A stretch of 20,123 nt of DNA from Chiloscyllium plagiosum. Lineage: Eukaryota. The notes under the pieces were generated by a model. That model was not told the origin of the DNA. It did no database searches and worked only from the letters and a program-made list of their open reading frames with translations. Shown piece after piece: positions 9,196-20,123 of the stretch (position 1 is the first letter of the stretch; each line of letters starts with the position of its first letter). The position numbers and the translations under genes were made by a program. Location of the stretch: NCBI RefSeq assembly GCF_004010195.1, contig NC_057752.1:2004878-2025000 (forward strand), written 5' to 3'.

Positions 9196-9962
9196 TACTG
9201 GAGGCTGCTGATGATTTCACATATCTAGGCTCCACGATCATCAGCAATCTGTCACTTGATACTGAAATCAACTCACACATTGCAAAAGCTGCAGGTGTTA
9301 TGCCTGAGTATGCTGAGTAAGAGAATATGGAACATCAGCAATCTGGCTGAGGACATAAACGCAAATGTACCACCTCTACATCATCAGCACACTCCTCTAC
9401 AGTAATGAGGCCTGAACAACATATGCTAGGCTTGAAAAAAAGCTGAACAGTTTCTACTTGCACTGTCTCAGATGTATCCTCAAACTTCCAGCAGGTCAAA
9501 GTCTCTGAAGTGTGCTAATTCCATCAGTAGACACTGAAAGTCAATGACTTCTGCACTGACTCAGCAATATTTATTGGATGGGTCACAGCGAAAAATTGAA
9601 AGACCTTTTGTACAATGAACTCAGTTCTGACCTCTAAAACATCCATACCTCTGCTGCAAAAACAACTGCAAGCAAGATGTGAAGATGGCAGACACTGGCA
9701 ACTGGGAGACAGTTCCTGGCAGCCATAACATCTGGACATTGACTAGAGAGAATTGGAAGATGTAAGGAGAAATGAAAAGCTCAACTAGCTAAGGAGAGGA
9801 CCTAGAGAAATCAGATGCAACTTCTTAACCCAGTGCTGCCTTCTGTGGCATAGGCTGTTATGCTAGACTCAGGCTCCTGAGCCACACCAGATAATGGCCA
9901 ACACAGTGTTGTCAACCTAGACACAAACCATTGTCTCTCAATATTGGAAGGCTGGCAACAAC
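9196..9962 (+). mobile_element. RTE-clade LINE 3' fragment, old and degraded
   Basis: LEAADDFTYLGSTIISNLSLDTEINSHIAKAA, LSKRIWN, STLLYSNEA*TTYA..KKLNSFYLHCLRCIL; RTE-like terminus CCATTGTCTCTC...GAAGGCTG. Confidence 0.8.
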
Positions 9963-10399
9963 ATTGCTCCCTATGTGATGATGAGTACCAATGGAAGTAG
10001 TGAGCTTATTTCCTGCATGTATACAAAGAGCAGGCAATGGTTCAGATCCATCTTGTTTCTGTACTCCCCCATCTCTTTGGTGATCTGGACTGTCCAGGTA
10101 CCTGGAGTTGATCCCAATAATGTACTAAGTTGAATCAGGCTCAATGCAGGATCTTTTGTATTTGAATGCAGTAGTTAAAACTGACCACAATTAGTTATAG
10201 ATTGGCAGTTTTCTGTCAAACTCACTGAAAAGGAGTACAGATGTGAGAACAGAAAACTTTACACCGTACGTGTACTTCACATTAGGTTTAAATTACTGCA
10301 AGCATTTATTTAATAAATAGCAAGTATTATTTTCAAAAATACAATGCTTGTTAGGAAACCTAAAGCAAAATTAATGAGAGCAAAATAATGATGTTGAAG

Positions 10400-10717
10400 A
10401 ATATACTACCAGTAAAGAGTGAGAACTACTCATGACCAGAGTTTCCATCCCCAGATTATAAAGGTAATAGATAAGAATAAGACAACAGTGCAGATGTACA
10501 AAGTATAATCTTCCAAAGTTCTCCTGATTCAAAAACTCTTCCTTTCAATTGGAAAATTGTGCATATCAATCTATTATTTAAGAAAGCTAGCTTAACAACT
10601 GTTGTCAGGAAAGTACAAGATTCTATAATTAATGATAGGGGTGACTGAATGTCTTGATACGTTTCAGCTGATCAGAGAACCAGTATAATTTGTAAAGGAT
10701 AGATCCTGCCTGATGAA
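10400..10717 (+). mobile_element. Degraded CR1 ORF2 fragment (RT N-terminal region)
   Basis: IIFQSSPDSKTLPFNWKIVHINLLFKK, SLTTVVRK..DSIINDR, FVKDRSCL. Confidence 0.7.
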
Positions 10718-11468
10718 ATGAGGCAAGGCAAAAATGACGCCCTTGACATCAAGGCCACATTCAATTGAGTGTAGCACTAAAGAGCCTGAGCGAAACTGGA
10801 ATCAAAGTGTATCGGGGGCAAACTCCTTGCAGGTTGGAGTCATGCCTGGCAATAGGAAGATGGTTATAGTTGTTGGAGGTCAGTTATTTCCGCTCCAGGA
10901 CATCTCTGCAGGAGTTCTTCACGGTAATGTCCTCAGTCCAACTACCTTCAGCTGCTTCCTCAATGATTTTCCCTCCATCTTAAGGTCAGAAGCGAGGACA
11001 TTCACTGATGATTGCACAATGTTCAGCACCAGGAGCAACTCTGCAGCTACTGAAGCAGTCCATGTTCAAATGCAATAAGATCTGGACAATATCCAGGCTT
11101 GGGTTGACAAGTGGCAAGTAACATTTGCCAGACAATGATAATCTCCAATATGAGACGATCTAACCACCACCCCTTGACTTACAATGAAATTACCATCAGT
11201 GAATCCCCTACTATCAACATCCTTGGGTTCACTATTGATCAGAAACTCGACTGGACTCTCCACATAAAACACAGTGGCTACAAAAGCAGGTCAAAGGCTA
11301 GGAATACAGTGGTGAATAACTCACGTCCTGACTCCCCAAAGCCTGTCCACCATTTACAAGGCACAAGTTAGGAGTGTGATGGAAGACTCTCCACTTGCCT
11401 GGATAGGTTCAGCTCCAACAACACTCAAAAGGCTTGATACCATTTAGGACAAAACAGCCTGTTTGACT
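10718..11468 (+). mobile_element. CR1-group LINE of a second family, RT core fragment
   Basis: ALDIKATFN*V*H, ISAGVLHGNVLSPTTFSCFLNDFPS, FTDDCTMFS, DLDNIQAWVDKWQVTFA, INILGFTIDQKLDW, IYKAQVRSVMEDSPLAW. Confidence 0.8.
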
Positions 11469-12049
11469 CACACGACCTCTACAACAGCCTTTTCACCTCT
11501 GTGAACCTGGATATATATCACACTTAGATTCATGGGATATGAATTAAGCCTAGCTGTTAGAATTTGAAGTGAAGTGTATTCAAAATGCAGTAATCTCACC
11601 CAGGAAGGCCATAGATGCCTGCTGACTGCAGTAGGGGGGGATCCCTGCTGAAATTTGAGCTGATGGATATTATTAGAGAGTGTAGAGGGAGATACCCCAT
11701 ACCTTAATGTGATACACCACCCCTTGAGTGCTTGATGCTGACACTTTGGATATCTGAAATGCAAAGTGTCCCATTCAGCAGCGATGTGCACAAAATACTT
11801 TATTGGAATACTAATGAAGTTAGTTTTCCTGAGTTGCTGTGATGCTTTGAGGTCCGTTAATAGAAAACAGTTGCTGCATTCAGTGAGATCATGGATGGCC
11901 ATGTACCAGAGTTTCAAAAACTGTGAAATGAAGGACAGCATCATTATTTAGGTTTGATGCATTAGTTTTTCTGTTACACTCCTTCCAGGGGTAGGCATTA
12001 GACTGTAGTGCGTGGTCAGTATGGGAATAAAGGCCAACAGCATCCCAAG

Positions 12050-12770
12050 AGTCAAGATGGCAGCAGAATACAACGCTTCAGGAGGAACTTGCCTACTCAT
12101 CCATTTCCTTTTTTCTCTTTCTTCACTTGTTTCTTTTTCTTCCTTCTTCTCTCTTCAGTGGCCCAGCGTGGTGATCTCTCAGTCCAGCTTGGCGGTCTTT
12201 CAACAGTATGTGCCGGTCACTCAGCCCAGCGTGGCCTCAGTGTGGTCTTCTGGTCTCAAAGTGATTCCTGAAAGCATGGTCCAACCATGGCTAAGCACTT
12301 AAGAAAGATTGTAATGTTTGAACTTTCAGATTTATTTGTTTATTTTCTACTTAAACCTAAAAGTCTACAACGTGTAACTTTTAACCTTTTTTTATGTTTT
12401 ACATTCGACTATAATTACTGCAACGTTTAACTTTTAACTTTGTTCTTTCTTTCTACCTTGTTCTTAAGATTCTGTACCTAGGTACTTATAGGCAAAAGTG
12501 AGGACTGCAGATGCTGGAAACCAGAGTTTAGATTAGTGATGCTGGAAAAGCACAGCAGGTCAGGCAGCATCCGAGGAGCAGGAAAACTCCTCGGATGCTG
12601 CCTGACCTGCTGTGCTTTTCCAGCACCACTCTGATCTAAACCTACGTACTTATACCTAGGATGGTGCCATGTGTGGTGACATTATATACTTTTCACTGTC
12701 GTCTTTTACTTCTGTATTTGAGTACATGTGACAATAAAATCAAAAATCAAATCAAATGAATTCAAATCAA
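12050..12770 (+). mobile_element. Non-autonomous retroelement with a Rex1/Babar-like 3' tail
   Basis: Begins near CAAGATGGCAGC. Ends TTTTCACTGT...GAGTACATGTGACAATAAA followed by (TCAAA)n-like repeats, resembling the Rex1/Babar tail at 4271-4312 (minus). No LINE coding motifs. Confidence 0.5.
12491..12640. mobile_element. Miniature fold-back PLE derivative (two inverted terminal segments)
   Basis: Perfect 39-bp inverted repeat at 12540-12578 / 12587-12625 with an 8-nt loop. Arms match the PLE terminus at 7609-7647. TSD CCTA(G/C)GTACTTATA at 12477-12490 and 12641-12654. Confidence 0.88.
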
Positions 12771-12964
12771 AACACTGCAAATAAACTGGATAACAACTGC
12801 AGCCTGTAAAACAATATTGGCTTATCATTCAAAGTTCATTTGTCGGATCCATTTCAAAGTTTGCACAATGTTACAAGTTGTTCCTCATCAAAAACAACAA
12901 TTCAAACATCAACCCCCGTTGTTTAGGTACTTATTTGTGCTGTGCTATTAGCTACATTTAATCA

Positions 12965-13050
12965 CAATCAGAAGCTGGTGGATTCAAGCCACATTCTAAG
13001 ACTTGAGTAAGCATTCTAAGCTGACGCATGAGTGGAGCAATTGCACTGCT
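12965..13050 (+). mobile_element. Degraded tRNA-derived SINE head
   Basis: CAGAAG.TG.TGGATTCAAG...GACTTGAG with a B-box-like GATTCAAGCC; similar to the head at 15225-15265. Confidence 0.45.
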
Positions 13051-13086
13051 TCATTGTAGCAAGCACTGACCTACACTGAACTTTGG

Positions 13087-13191
13087 GGATGGTAAGGACC
13101 GTAGATGCTGGAAAGTCAGAGTTGATAAAATGTGGAGCTGGAAAAAGCACAGCAGGGCAAGCAGCATCAGAGGAGCAGGACCCTTCATCAC
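13087..13191 (-). mobile_element. PLE terminal-repeat fragment
   Basis: AGATGCTGGAAAGTCAGAG...GCTGGAAAAAGCACAGCAGGGCAAGCAGCATCAGAGGAGCAGGA matches 12500-12583 and ends in a hammerhead remnant (CCCTTCATCA). Confidence 0.75.
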
Positions 13192-14364
13192 TATCTAGAG
13201 TGAACGTTAAATTCAGATTACCAAGCTGACCAAACATTAAATTACCAAACTGTAAAGAATAAATGATGTAATGACACCATAAACCACGAGAGTGAAATTC
13301 TAGTGGATGACAATGTTATTTTGAAATGGAGGATAGTGTTGCAGTTTTGTACTCTGAAAGCTGCCTTTTATATTTTGGTGAGGTTTCTGATGTTAATTGT
13401 TGTGAGCATTAGGGGGTGAAAAAGTTCTCTGTCATCCAGGTTCAATATCAAATACATTCAAATCAGGTTTTGTGCTGTGACTGCCACTATTCAGCTGTAA
13501 CATCGTAGGGGGAGACGACAGGGACCCCCACAATAAATGAACAATAAGAGGAACATAGATGCAATTAAGACCAACGGAAAGCAGGGGTGTGCCTCACAGG
13601 AGCTGGGGTGCATTATCAGCCTGGATAATGATATTTTAATTTGATTTTGATAAGTTTCACTCCAGTTCTCTAAGTTTCCAGAAAGAAAGATTAGCTTGAA
13701 CAGTGAGTGCTGTTTATCCTTTGGCCCCTGAAAAGGAAATAAACTTCAAAAACTATTCATGTTTCTTATTGAGGCCTTGATAAGGCTAGTGATCTTCTCT
13801 GGTAGAGTATCTATTAAATATGCATTTTGAGACAGTTGTTACAATCACCTCATGGTTGGTAAAAGGCTACTGGAGATCTAGCACCCAACGTAATCGGGGA
13901 TTGATGGCAGTGAGTAAGTTGGGGATTGATTGAAGGATCCAATGCATTGCTCAGATCTATGTTTTATTTTCCCTCATGAGAAACAGGCAATCTTGAGGTT
14001 TGGATGCATTTGTTGAAGTAGGAGTAAGTAAGAAAAAGTCATTACTGCTGGCACTCTATCATTGCCATTCATCCCAAACAATTCACAACAATGTCAAACT
14101 GTGCGATAATGGCATTTGTCCATGCAATATTTCCAGCTGTTACACTGATGACAATTTGATCGTAAAAGGATTTCAAAGGTACGGAGTCTGGTGACTGAAA
14201 TATTCAAAAAAACTTGGTGAGAGGAAGATGTAAGGGGTAGTTTTATTTTACTTATGTTTACTTCAGTCCAATCCTAAAAAGAACACAACAATTGAATTTT
14301 GACGCCGCCTAATTATCTCAATCACCAAGTATTTTGCTGCTAATATGTGTAAAACAAAGAAAAT

Positions 14365-14456
14365 GAACAATTTGTATTAACATAGCATCTTTTATAACCT
14401 CCAAACATCCCAATATGCCTTAGTCAATTAATTATTTTCTAAATATAACCACTATT
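14365..14456 (-). mobile_element. Degraded SINE 3' tail (Deu-domain SINE-like)
   Basis: TTGTATTAACATAGCATCTTT...ACATCCCAATATGCCTT resembles, from recall only, the reverse-complement tail of shark Deu-type SINEs; similar relics at about 15045-15155. Confidence 0.35.
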
Positions 14457-14705
14457 CAGAATAATAGAAGTGTATAGCACAGAAGGTGGCCATTTTGCCC
14501 ATAATGTTTGTGCTAGTTTTAAAAAAATCTACCCAGCCTAATCCCATTTTTCAGCTTTTACTCCACAGCAATGTGGAATATGGTACTTCAAGTATGGATC
14601 CAAGTACATAGCAAAGGTCATGAGGATTTTTGCCTCTGCCATTCTTTTCAGCATTAAGTCTCAAGTCCTCACTAAGTTCTGGGTGAAAACATATCTCCTC
14701 AAAAC
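14457..14705 (-). mobile_element. Old CR1 3' fragment
   Basis: TAGAAGTGTATAGCACAGAAGGTGGCCATTTTGCCCAT...TAATCCCATTTTTCAGC...GGTACTTCAAGT..ATCCAAGTAC is a diverged reverse complement of the CR1 3' UTR seen elsewhere in the window. Confidence 0.6.
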
Positions 14706-14764
14706 TTTCAATGTCATGTAGAAAAATGATTTCAACTTTTACCATAGGAGAGGGAAGTGAAGGG

Positions 14765-14794
14765 GTGTGTGTGTGTGTGAGAGAGAGAGAGAGA
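14765..14794. repeat. Compound (GT)n(GA)n microsatellite
   Basis: Directly visible. Confidence 0.95.
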
Positions 14795-15217
14795 AAAACA
14801 GGGAACAACAGAGTAGATGACAGAAAGTTTATTTCTTAATTCTAACTTGGTTTTTGTCAAAGGTGAAAAAAGAAGCCTGTATAAGGTGAACTGGATACGA
14901 GCAGCATGTGAAAATGAGAGAGTAATACTAGCTAAAGAGAAAGTAAAAGAAAGGTTGAGCAAGATAATGAGTGAGAGTTGAGGTCCAAGAGGGAAAAGGA
15001 AATATAGCATTTGCATTTGTATATTGTCTTCCATGGCCTTAAAACTTCAAAAGTAATTATTACTTGACTATGAAATGCTTTGAAACTTTAATCAATATTG
15101 TAACATCGGCAAACACAGCAACCAGTTAGCACAAAGCAAAATCCCCCAAAAGTAATATAATCCCAAAGATTAATTAGATAAATTCCCATTGTTCCAGTAG
15201 CATTAACTGAGGAAAAA

Positions 15218-15510
15218 ACTCTGAGCTAGAAGCTCCACATTCAAGTCCCACTCCCGGACTTGATGGTCAAGGAAGGTGTGTGTTTGTAATGTGATAGAAC
15301 AGGTTGGATATCAACCTGCAATTCTTTCCAACGCAGACCAATTGCAGACAGTAAGGGTGGGAGAGACTCCTGGTCAGCCATGCTTCATGCAGAGTGGAAT
15401 CCCTCAAACTACAGCCTCATCTGACATGGTTATTGACATGTTCCAGGAAAAGCAAGCAATGGACGCTGATGCAATCTTTGCCTGCCTCATAAGCCACTAG
15501 GAATGAAGTT
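15218..15510 (+). mobile_element. Probable tRNA-derived SINE
   Basis: Head CTCTGAGCTAGAAG...TTCAAGTCCCACTCC.GGACTTGA (B-box-like), followed by a more GC-rich body. Confidence 0.4.
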
Positions 15511-15844
15511 GTTGTTTTCATATGAGGTCAGAAACTGCATCTATATAACATTGTAAACATTTAATATGCATTGGCAGATCATATTATTTCTGGTTATTGC
15601 AGTCAAAGGAAATTTAATACACTGAAGATAATTAAATGAAATGTAATTCTGTTTCACCAATATTGCTCTAGTTGGTGCTCTACTGAAGTTTTCACTTTTT
15701 GTCTTTCTAAAGGCCAAACCCAACATTGGTATCACCTAATCACAACCATACCAGTTACTTTATTTTTGCTGGTGTCCTACATGAGCCCTGGCCTTTCAAC
15801 TTAGTACTGAATTCTAATCTTACATCTGTAACCTTAAACTTCAA

Positions 15845-16000
15845 CAGGATTTTCCAAACCCATCCACTGCCTAAAAAGACAAGGCGAAAGGATACACAGA
15901 ATTGTGCTCACCTCAAGTTTCCTTTCTCCATTGTATACCAGCCTGACTTGGAAATATATTGCCATTCCTTCACTGTCACTGGGTCAAAACCCTGGAACAC
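15845..16000 (+). mobile_element. 3' fragment of a CR1-group LINE
   Basis: CCTGACTTGGAAATATATTGCCATTCCTTCACTGTCACTGGGTCAAAACCCTGGAA is recognised as a LINE ORF2 C-terminal region (SFTVTGSKPWN). Confidence 0.5.
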
Positions 16001-16007
16001 ACAGTTT

Positions 16008-16115
16008 GGTGCTGGGTCCCTTGCTGTTTGTTGTGTAGATTAATGATCGAGATATGAATATAGGAGGTATGATCAGTAAGTTTATAGATGATACCCAAAA
16101 ATTGGTGGTGTGGTC
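16008..16115 (+). mobile_element. CR1 RT fragment
   Basis: VLGPLLFVV*INDRDMNIGGMISKFIDDT / KIGGVV. Confidence 0.75.
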
Positions 16116-16277
16116 ATAAAGTGCTTCATATACAATGAAATACTGTACTTGAAGGACAGTGACTTGTCAAGTAGGCAAACGTGCACCTTTTGCATAACAT
16201 CAATTCAAGTGGAAATGAGAGAAGCCAACAGTTCATTGTTTTGGTCGTTTTGGAAGTACAGAGGATCAGAGGGAAAC

Positions 16278-16380
16278 AAACATAAAACAGAAATTGCTGA
16301 AGAAACTCAGCAGGTCTGGCAGCATCTGTGGAGAGAAAACAGAGTTAATATTTTGAGTCTATTGGCCCTTCTACAGAACT
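16278..16380 (-). mobile_element. PLE terminal-repeat fragment (older family)
   Basis: AAAACAGAAATTGCTGAAGAAACTCAGCAGGTCTGGCAGCATCTGTGGAG resembles the other PLE termini; a possible opposite-strand hammerhead remnant lies at 16694-16722. Confidence 0.6.
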
Positions 16381-16894
16381 GTATCAGAAGGACCTTGTTG
16401 TCATGGTGTTACCAGTTTACATTTCCAGATTTATTCATTGAATTTAAGGTCTACAAGCTGCTGTGGTGGGATTTGATCTTCTAGTTATGTAAATGCTGCA
16501 CCACCAGCTCCCCCAAAGACTTAATAATCATGTACCAGTGAGTAATTATTAGGTTGCAATTGGGGTGAAAAATAATTCTCTGACCATTATCAGTTGGCTT
16601 ATTTGATCCTACTTGAGTCAGTAATTTGTAGTTTATACTTTGTAGTTCCATTCCATGACTTAAGTAGATACTGTAGGCTGACACTCTAGAGAATTCTGAG
16701 AAAGGAACATTGGACCTGAAACAGGTCTGCAACAATAGGTACAATCACCGGGCTTATCACATCAATAGTTTGGCTGACAAAACAATATTATACATTTGAG
16801 CATGATTTTCTATGATTTGCATCCCATCATTTTTGTAATATGCTTCAGCATCCCATATATTTATGTTAATTTTTTCTTAGCAATGACAATGGTA

Positions 16895-17210
16895 CTGGAG
16901 TGTTGGAGGCTGAGGGGTGACCTTATAAAGGTTTATAAAATCATGAGGGGCAGAAGGTGAATAGTCAAGGTCTTTTCCCCGGGGTGGGAGTGTCCAAAAA
17001 TAAAGGGCATAGGTTTAAGGTGAGAGGATAAAGACTTAAAAAGGACCTATGGGGTAAGTTTTTCACACAGAGGGGGGTGCATGTATGGAATGAGCTGCCA
17101 GTGGAAGTTGTGGAGGCGGGTACAATCACAACATTTAAAAGGCATCTGGATGGGTATATGAACAGGAAGGATTTAGAGAGATATGGGCCAAGTGTTGGTA
17201 AAAGGGATTA
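16895..17210 (+). mobile_element. CR1 LINE 3' fragment, cut before its tail by the next element
   Basis: RLRGDLIKVYKIMRG, GHRFKVRG, FFTQRGVHVWNELP, FKRHLDGYM; homologous to 8680-8995. Confidence 0.88.
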
Positions 17211-17656
17211 GAGGATTCTGGGTAATCCAAGATGGAGGACGGGAAAAATTTCTGGCTGTAACAGGCTGCTCCTTTTTTTAAGTATTTTAGGTTTTAGAGG
17301 TGATTTCCTCAAATTCCGGGAACAGCAATTACTGTTTGATATGCTGTTGCATTGTTTTGGAACTTTGGAGAAAAAAAAAGTCAAAACAGCAGTAGTTTTA
17401 AAAGGGGAATGAGGAACAGACAAAGGAAGCATATGGTCAGGTCAGTGCAGGAGAGAGAGAAAAAAATTGACACGGCAGTGAACCTGCACAGTTACTGCCT
17501 TTGCTATATGAATTCACATATCGCTGGATATCGGAGTGTGTCTGGGAAAATTAACAAACAGTGAAATTCACAATTGATCTTGGATGAACCTGTTTGGGAG
17601 AGGTCGCAGCACAGAAACAGAAGTGAATATTTAAGTGTGACCTTCAGTGTGATTTA

Positions 17657-18806
17657 AGGGGTGGTACCAGGGGACTGGAGAGTGGCGAATGTTGTGCCCC
17701 TGTTCAAAAAAGGGAATAGGGATAACCCCGGGAATAATGGAAAGGGTACTGAGGGATAGGATTTATGAGTATCTGGAAAGACACTGCTTGATTAGGGACT
17801 GCCCGGATTTGTGAAGGGTGGGTCTTGCCTTACAAGTCTTATTGAATTCTTTGAGGAGGTGACCAAGCATGTGGATGAGGGTAGAGCAGTGGATGTAGTA
17901 TACATGGATTTTAGTAAGGCATTTGATAAGGTTCCCCATGGTAGGCTTATGCGGAAAGTCAGGAGGCATGTGATAGTGGGAAGTTTGGCCAGTTGGATAG
18001 AGAATTAGATATGATGCAGAGCTGGGCTGAGGAGTGGCAGATGGAGTTCAACCTTGCCAAGTGTGAGGTTGTCCATTTTGGGAGGGCAAATAAGAATGCG
18101 GAATACAGGGTTAACTGTAGGGTTCTTAGTGAGGTGGAGGAAGAGAGGGATCTTGGGGTCTATGTTCATTGATCTTTGAAAGTTGCCACTCAGGTGGATA
18201 GAGCTTGTAAGAGGGCCTATGGTGTATTAGCGTTCATTAGCAGAGGGATTCACTTCAAGAGTCGTGAAGTGATGTTGCAGCTGTACAGGACCTTGGTTAG
18301 GCGACATTTGGAGTACTGTGTGTAGTTCTGGTCGCCTCACTTTAGGAAAGGTGTGGAAGCTTTGGAGAGGGTGCAGAGGAGATTTACCAGGATGTTGCCT
18401 GGAATGGAGAATAGGTCGTACGAGGATAGGTTGAGCGTGCTAGCCTTTTCTCATTGGAACGGAGAAGGATGAGGGGTGACTTGATAGAGGTGTATAAGAT
18501 GATCAGGGCAATAGATAGAGTAGACAATCAGAAACTTTTTTCCTTGGTACAACAGAGTGTTACAAGGGGACATAAATTTAAGATGAAGGGTGGAAGGTAT
18601 AAGGGAGATGTCAGGGGTAGGTTCTTTACCCAGGGAGTGGTGGGGGCATGGAATGCACTGCCTGTGGGAGTGGCAGAGTCAGAATCATTGGCGAACTTTA
18701 AGTGGCAATTGGATAGGTACATGGATGGGTGCTTAAGCTAGGACAAATGTTCGGCACAGCATCGTGGGCCGAAGGGCCTGTTCTGTGCTGTATTGTTCTA
18801 TGTTCT
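17657..18806 (+). mobile_element. Nested CR1 ORF2 3' half with internal deletions
   Basis: GVVPGDWRVANVVPLFKKG, SCLTSLIEFFEEVT, DVVYMDFSKAFDKVPH, then a jump at about 18007 to WAEEWQMEFN (PQG and ADD motifs missing), LYRTLVR..LEYCV*FWSP; tail TGTTCTATGTTCT. Confidence 0.92.
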
Positions 18807-18985
18807 TACAGTAAATCTGCAGTCATGAATAGAGTGGGTTCTTTCTTGATTATATGTTTTATTGAGATATGTCTCTTGATTAAACTTAAAATATAAGCCA
18901 TAGCTGTTAATTTAACCTGGAGCAGTGTTTTGTAGAGGAATAAGACTGTGCATTTTCTGAGTCTGTAGACTGAAAGAAGCAAAAA

Positions 18986-19921
18986 ATGGCTTTTAGTAGA
19001 GTGATATGCTCTTCTTGTCGGATGTGGGAGTTTAGGGAGAGTTTACGGGTTACTGAGAATTATATCTGCAATAAATGCCTTTGGTTGCGAATCCTATCAG
19101 ATCGAATGGGTCGGTTGGAGATGCAGTTAGAGGCAATGAGGAACTTCAAGAGCAAGTGGATGTGATGGATGGCAGATATAGGAAGGGGGGAAAGTCGCAG
19201 ATACAGTCACATAGATGGGTTAACTCCAGCAAGGTTAAGAGAGGTAGGCAGTTAGTGCAGGAGTCTTCTGTGGCTCTCCCCATTTCAACCAAGTATGCTG
19301 TTATGGAAAAGGTAGGGGGTGATGGATTCTCAGGGGAACATAGCATGAATAGCCAAATTTCTGGTACTGAGACTGGCTCTAATGCAATGCATCGGGTTCC
19401 AAGAGATCAATTGTGTTAGGGGATTCTCTAATCCGAGGTACAGACAGACGTTTCTGTGGCCAGCAGTGAAAAATCAGAATGGTGTATTGCTTCCCTGGTG
19501 CCAGGATCAAGGATGCCTCAGAGAGGGTGCAGAATATTCTTAGGGGGAAAGGGGCCAGCAAAAGGTCATTGTCCATATTGGAACCAACGACAACAGGAAG
19601 GGAAAAGGTTGAGATTCTGAAGGGAGATTACAGAGAGTTAGGCAGGGATTTAAAAAGGAGGTCCTCGAGAATAGTAATATCTGGATTACTCCCGGTGCTA
19701 CGAGCTAGTGAGGGAAGGAATAGGAGGATAGAGCAGATGAGCAAATGAATGCATGGCTGAGGAGCTGGTGTTTGGAAGAAGGAATCACATTTTTGGATCA
19801 TTGAAATCTCTTTTGGAGTAGAAGTGACTTGTACAAGAGGAATAGATTGCACCTAAGTAGGAAGGGGACTAATGTACTGGCTGGGAGATTTGCTGCAGCT
19901 GCTCGGAAAGATTTAAACTAG
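18986..19921 (+). pseudogene. CR1 ORF1 (zinc finger/coiled coil plus SGNH esterase), frameshifted
   Basis: MAFSRVICSSCRMWE..YICNKC (CxxC..CxxC), VLGDSLIRGTDRRFCG, CFPGARIKD, VHIGTND, ISGLLPV, LHLSRKGTNVLAGRF..DLN*. Confidence 0.88.
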
Positions 19922-20029
19922 TAAACTGGGACCCAACAAGATAGTGAGACAAGAGATCAATCTGAGACTGGTACAGTTGAGAACAGAAGCAAGTCAAACA
20001 GTCAGGGCAGGCAGGGACAAGGTAGGACT

Positions 20030-20123
20030 GATAAATTAAATTGCATTTATTTCAATGCAAGGGGCCTAACAGGGAAGGCAGATGAACTCAGGGCATGGTT
20101 AGGAACATGGGACTGGGATATCA
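20030..20123 (+). pseudogene. Start of CR1 ORF2 AP-endonuclease domain (truncated by the window)
   Basis: DKLNCIYFNARGLTGKADELRAWLGTWDWDI. Confidence 0.85.

Larger units (their letters stand above)
17211..20123 (+). mobile_element. 5' portion of an apparently full-length CR1 LINE (5' UTR at about 17211-17650 plus 18807-18985, ORF1, ORF2 start), running off the window
   Basis: Starts abruptly inside an older CR1 near CCAAGATGGAGG; ORF1 and ORF2 motifs lie downstream. Assignment of the 5' UTR is inferred. Confidence 0.7.

Noticed and set aside
11468..11951. 158-aa minus-strand ORF and a 9-bp hairpin GACACTTTG/CAAAGTGTC (11740-11770)
   Set aside because: No recognisable homology; the hairpin is short enough to be chance or part of an old repeat.
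14068..14193. Possible minus-strand exon after TTTCAG (SPDSVPLKSFYDQ...)
   Set aside because: The frame ends in a stop after about 41 codons, has no convincing donor site and resembles no protein I recognise.
16110..16484. 124-aa ORF
   Set aside because: It runs across a PLE terminal fragment and other repeat debris; no domain.

Overview
Repeat-dense, AT-rich vertebrate intergenic or intronic DNA. The repeat families suggest a cartilaginous fish, probably a shark (inference). I found no host protein-coding exon I can support; most listed ORFs are retroelement relics or chance frames. The window holds: (i) several Penelope-like elements (PLEs), including a young copy with a near-intact RT frame (5908-7662), an inverted-end copy with a 13-bp TSD (3932-5520) and a 150-bp fold-back derivative (12491-12640), with hammerhead-ribozyme motifs in the terminal repeats of the larger copies; (ii) many CR1 LINE fragments plus the 5' part of an apparently full-length CR1 (5' UTR, zinc-finger/SGNH-esterase ORF1, start of APE ORF2); (iii) Rex1/Babar and RTE LINE fragments and SINE relics; (iv) an LTR-like repeat (1887-3849) in which two related, diverged poly(A)-type retroelement 3' ends join the same target position. 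Item (iv) is the most interesting signal and suggests a sequence-specific retrotransposon family that targets another repeat. A repeat-poor block at about 13.3-14.3 kb may hold conserved non-coding elements.
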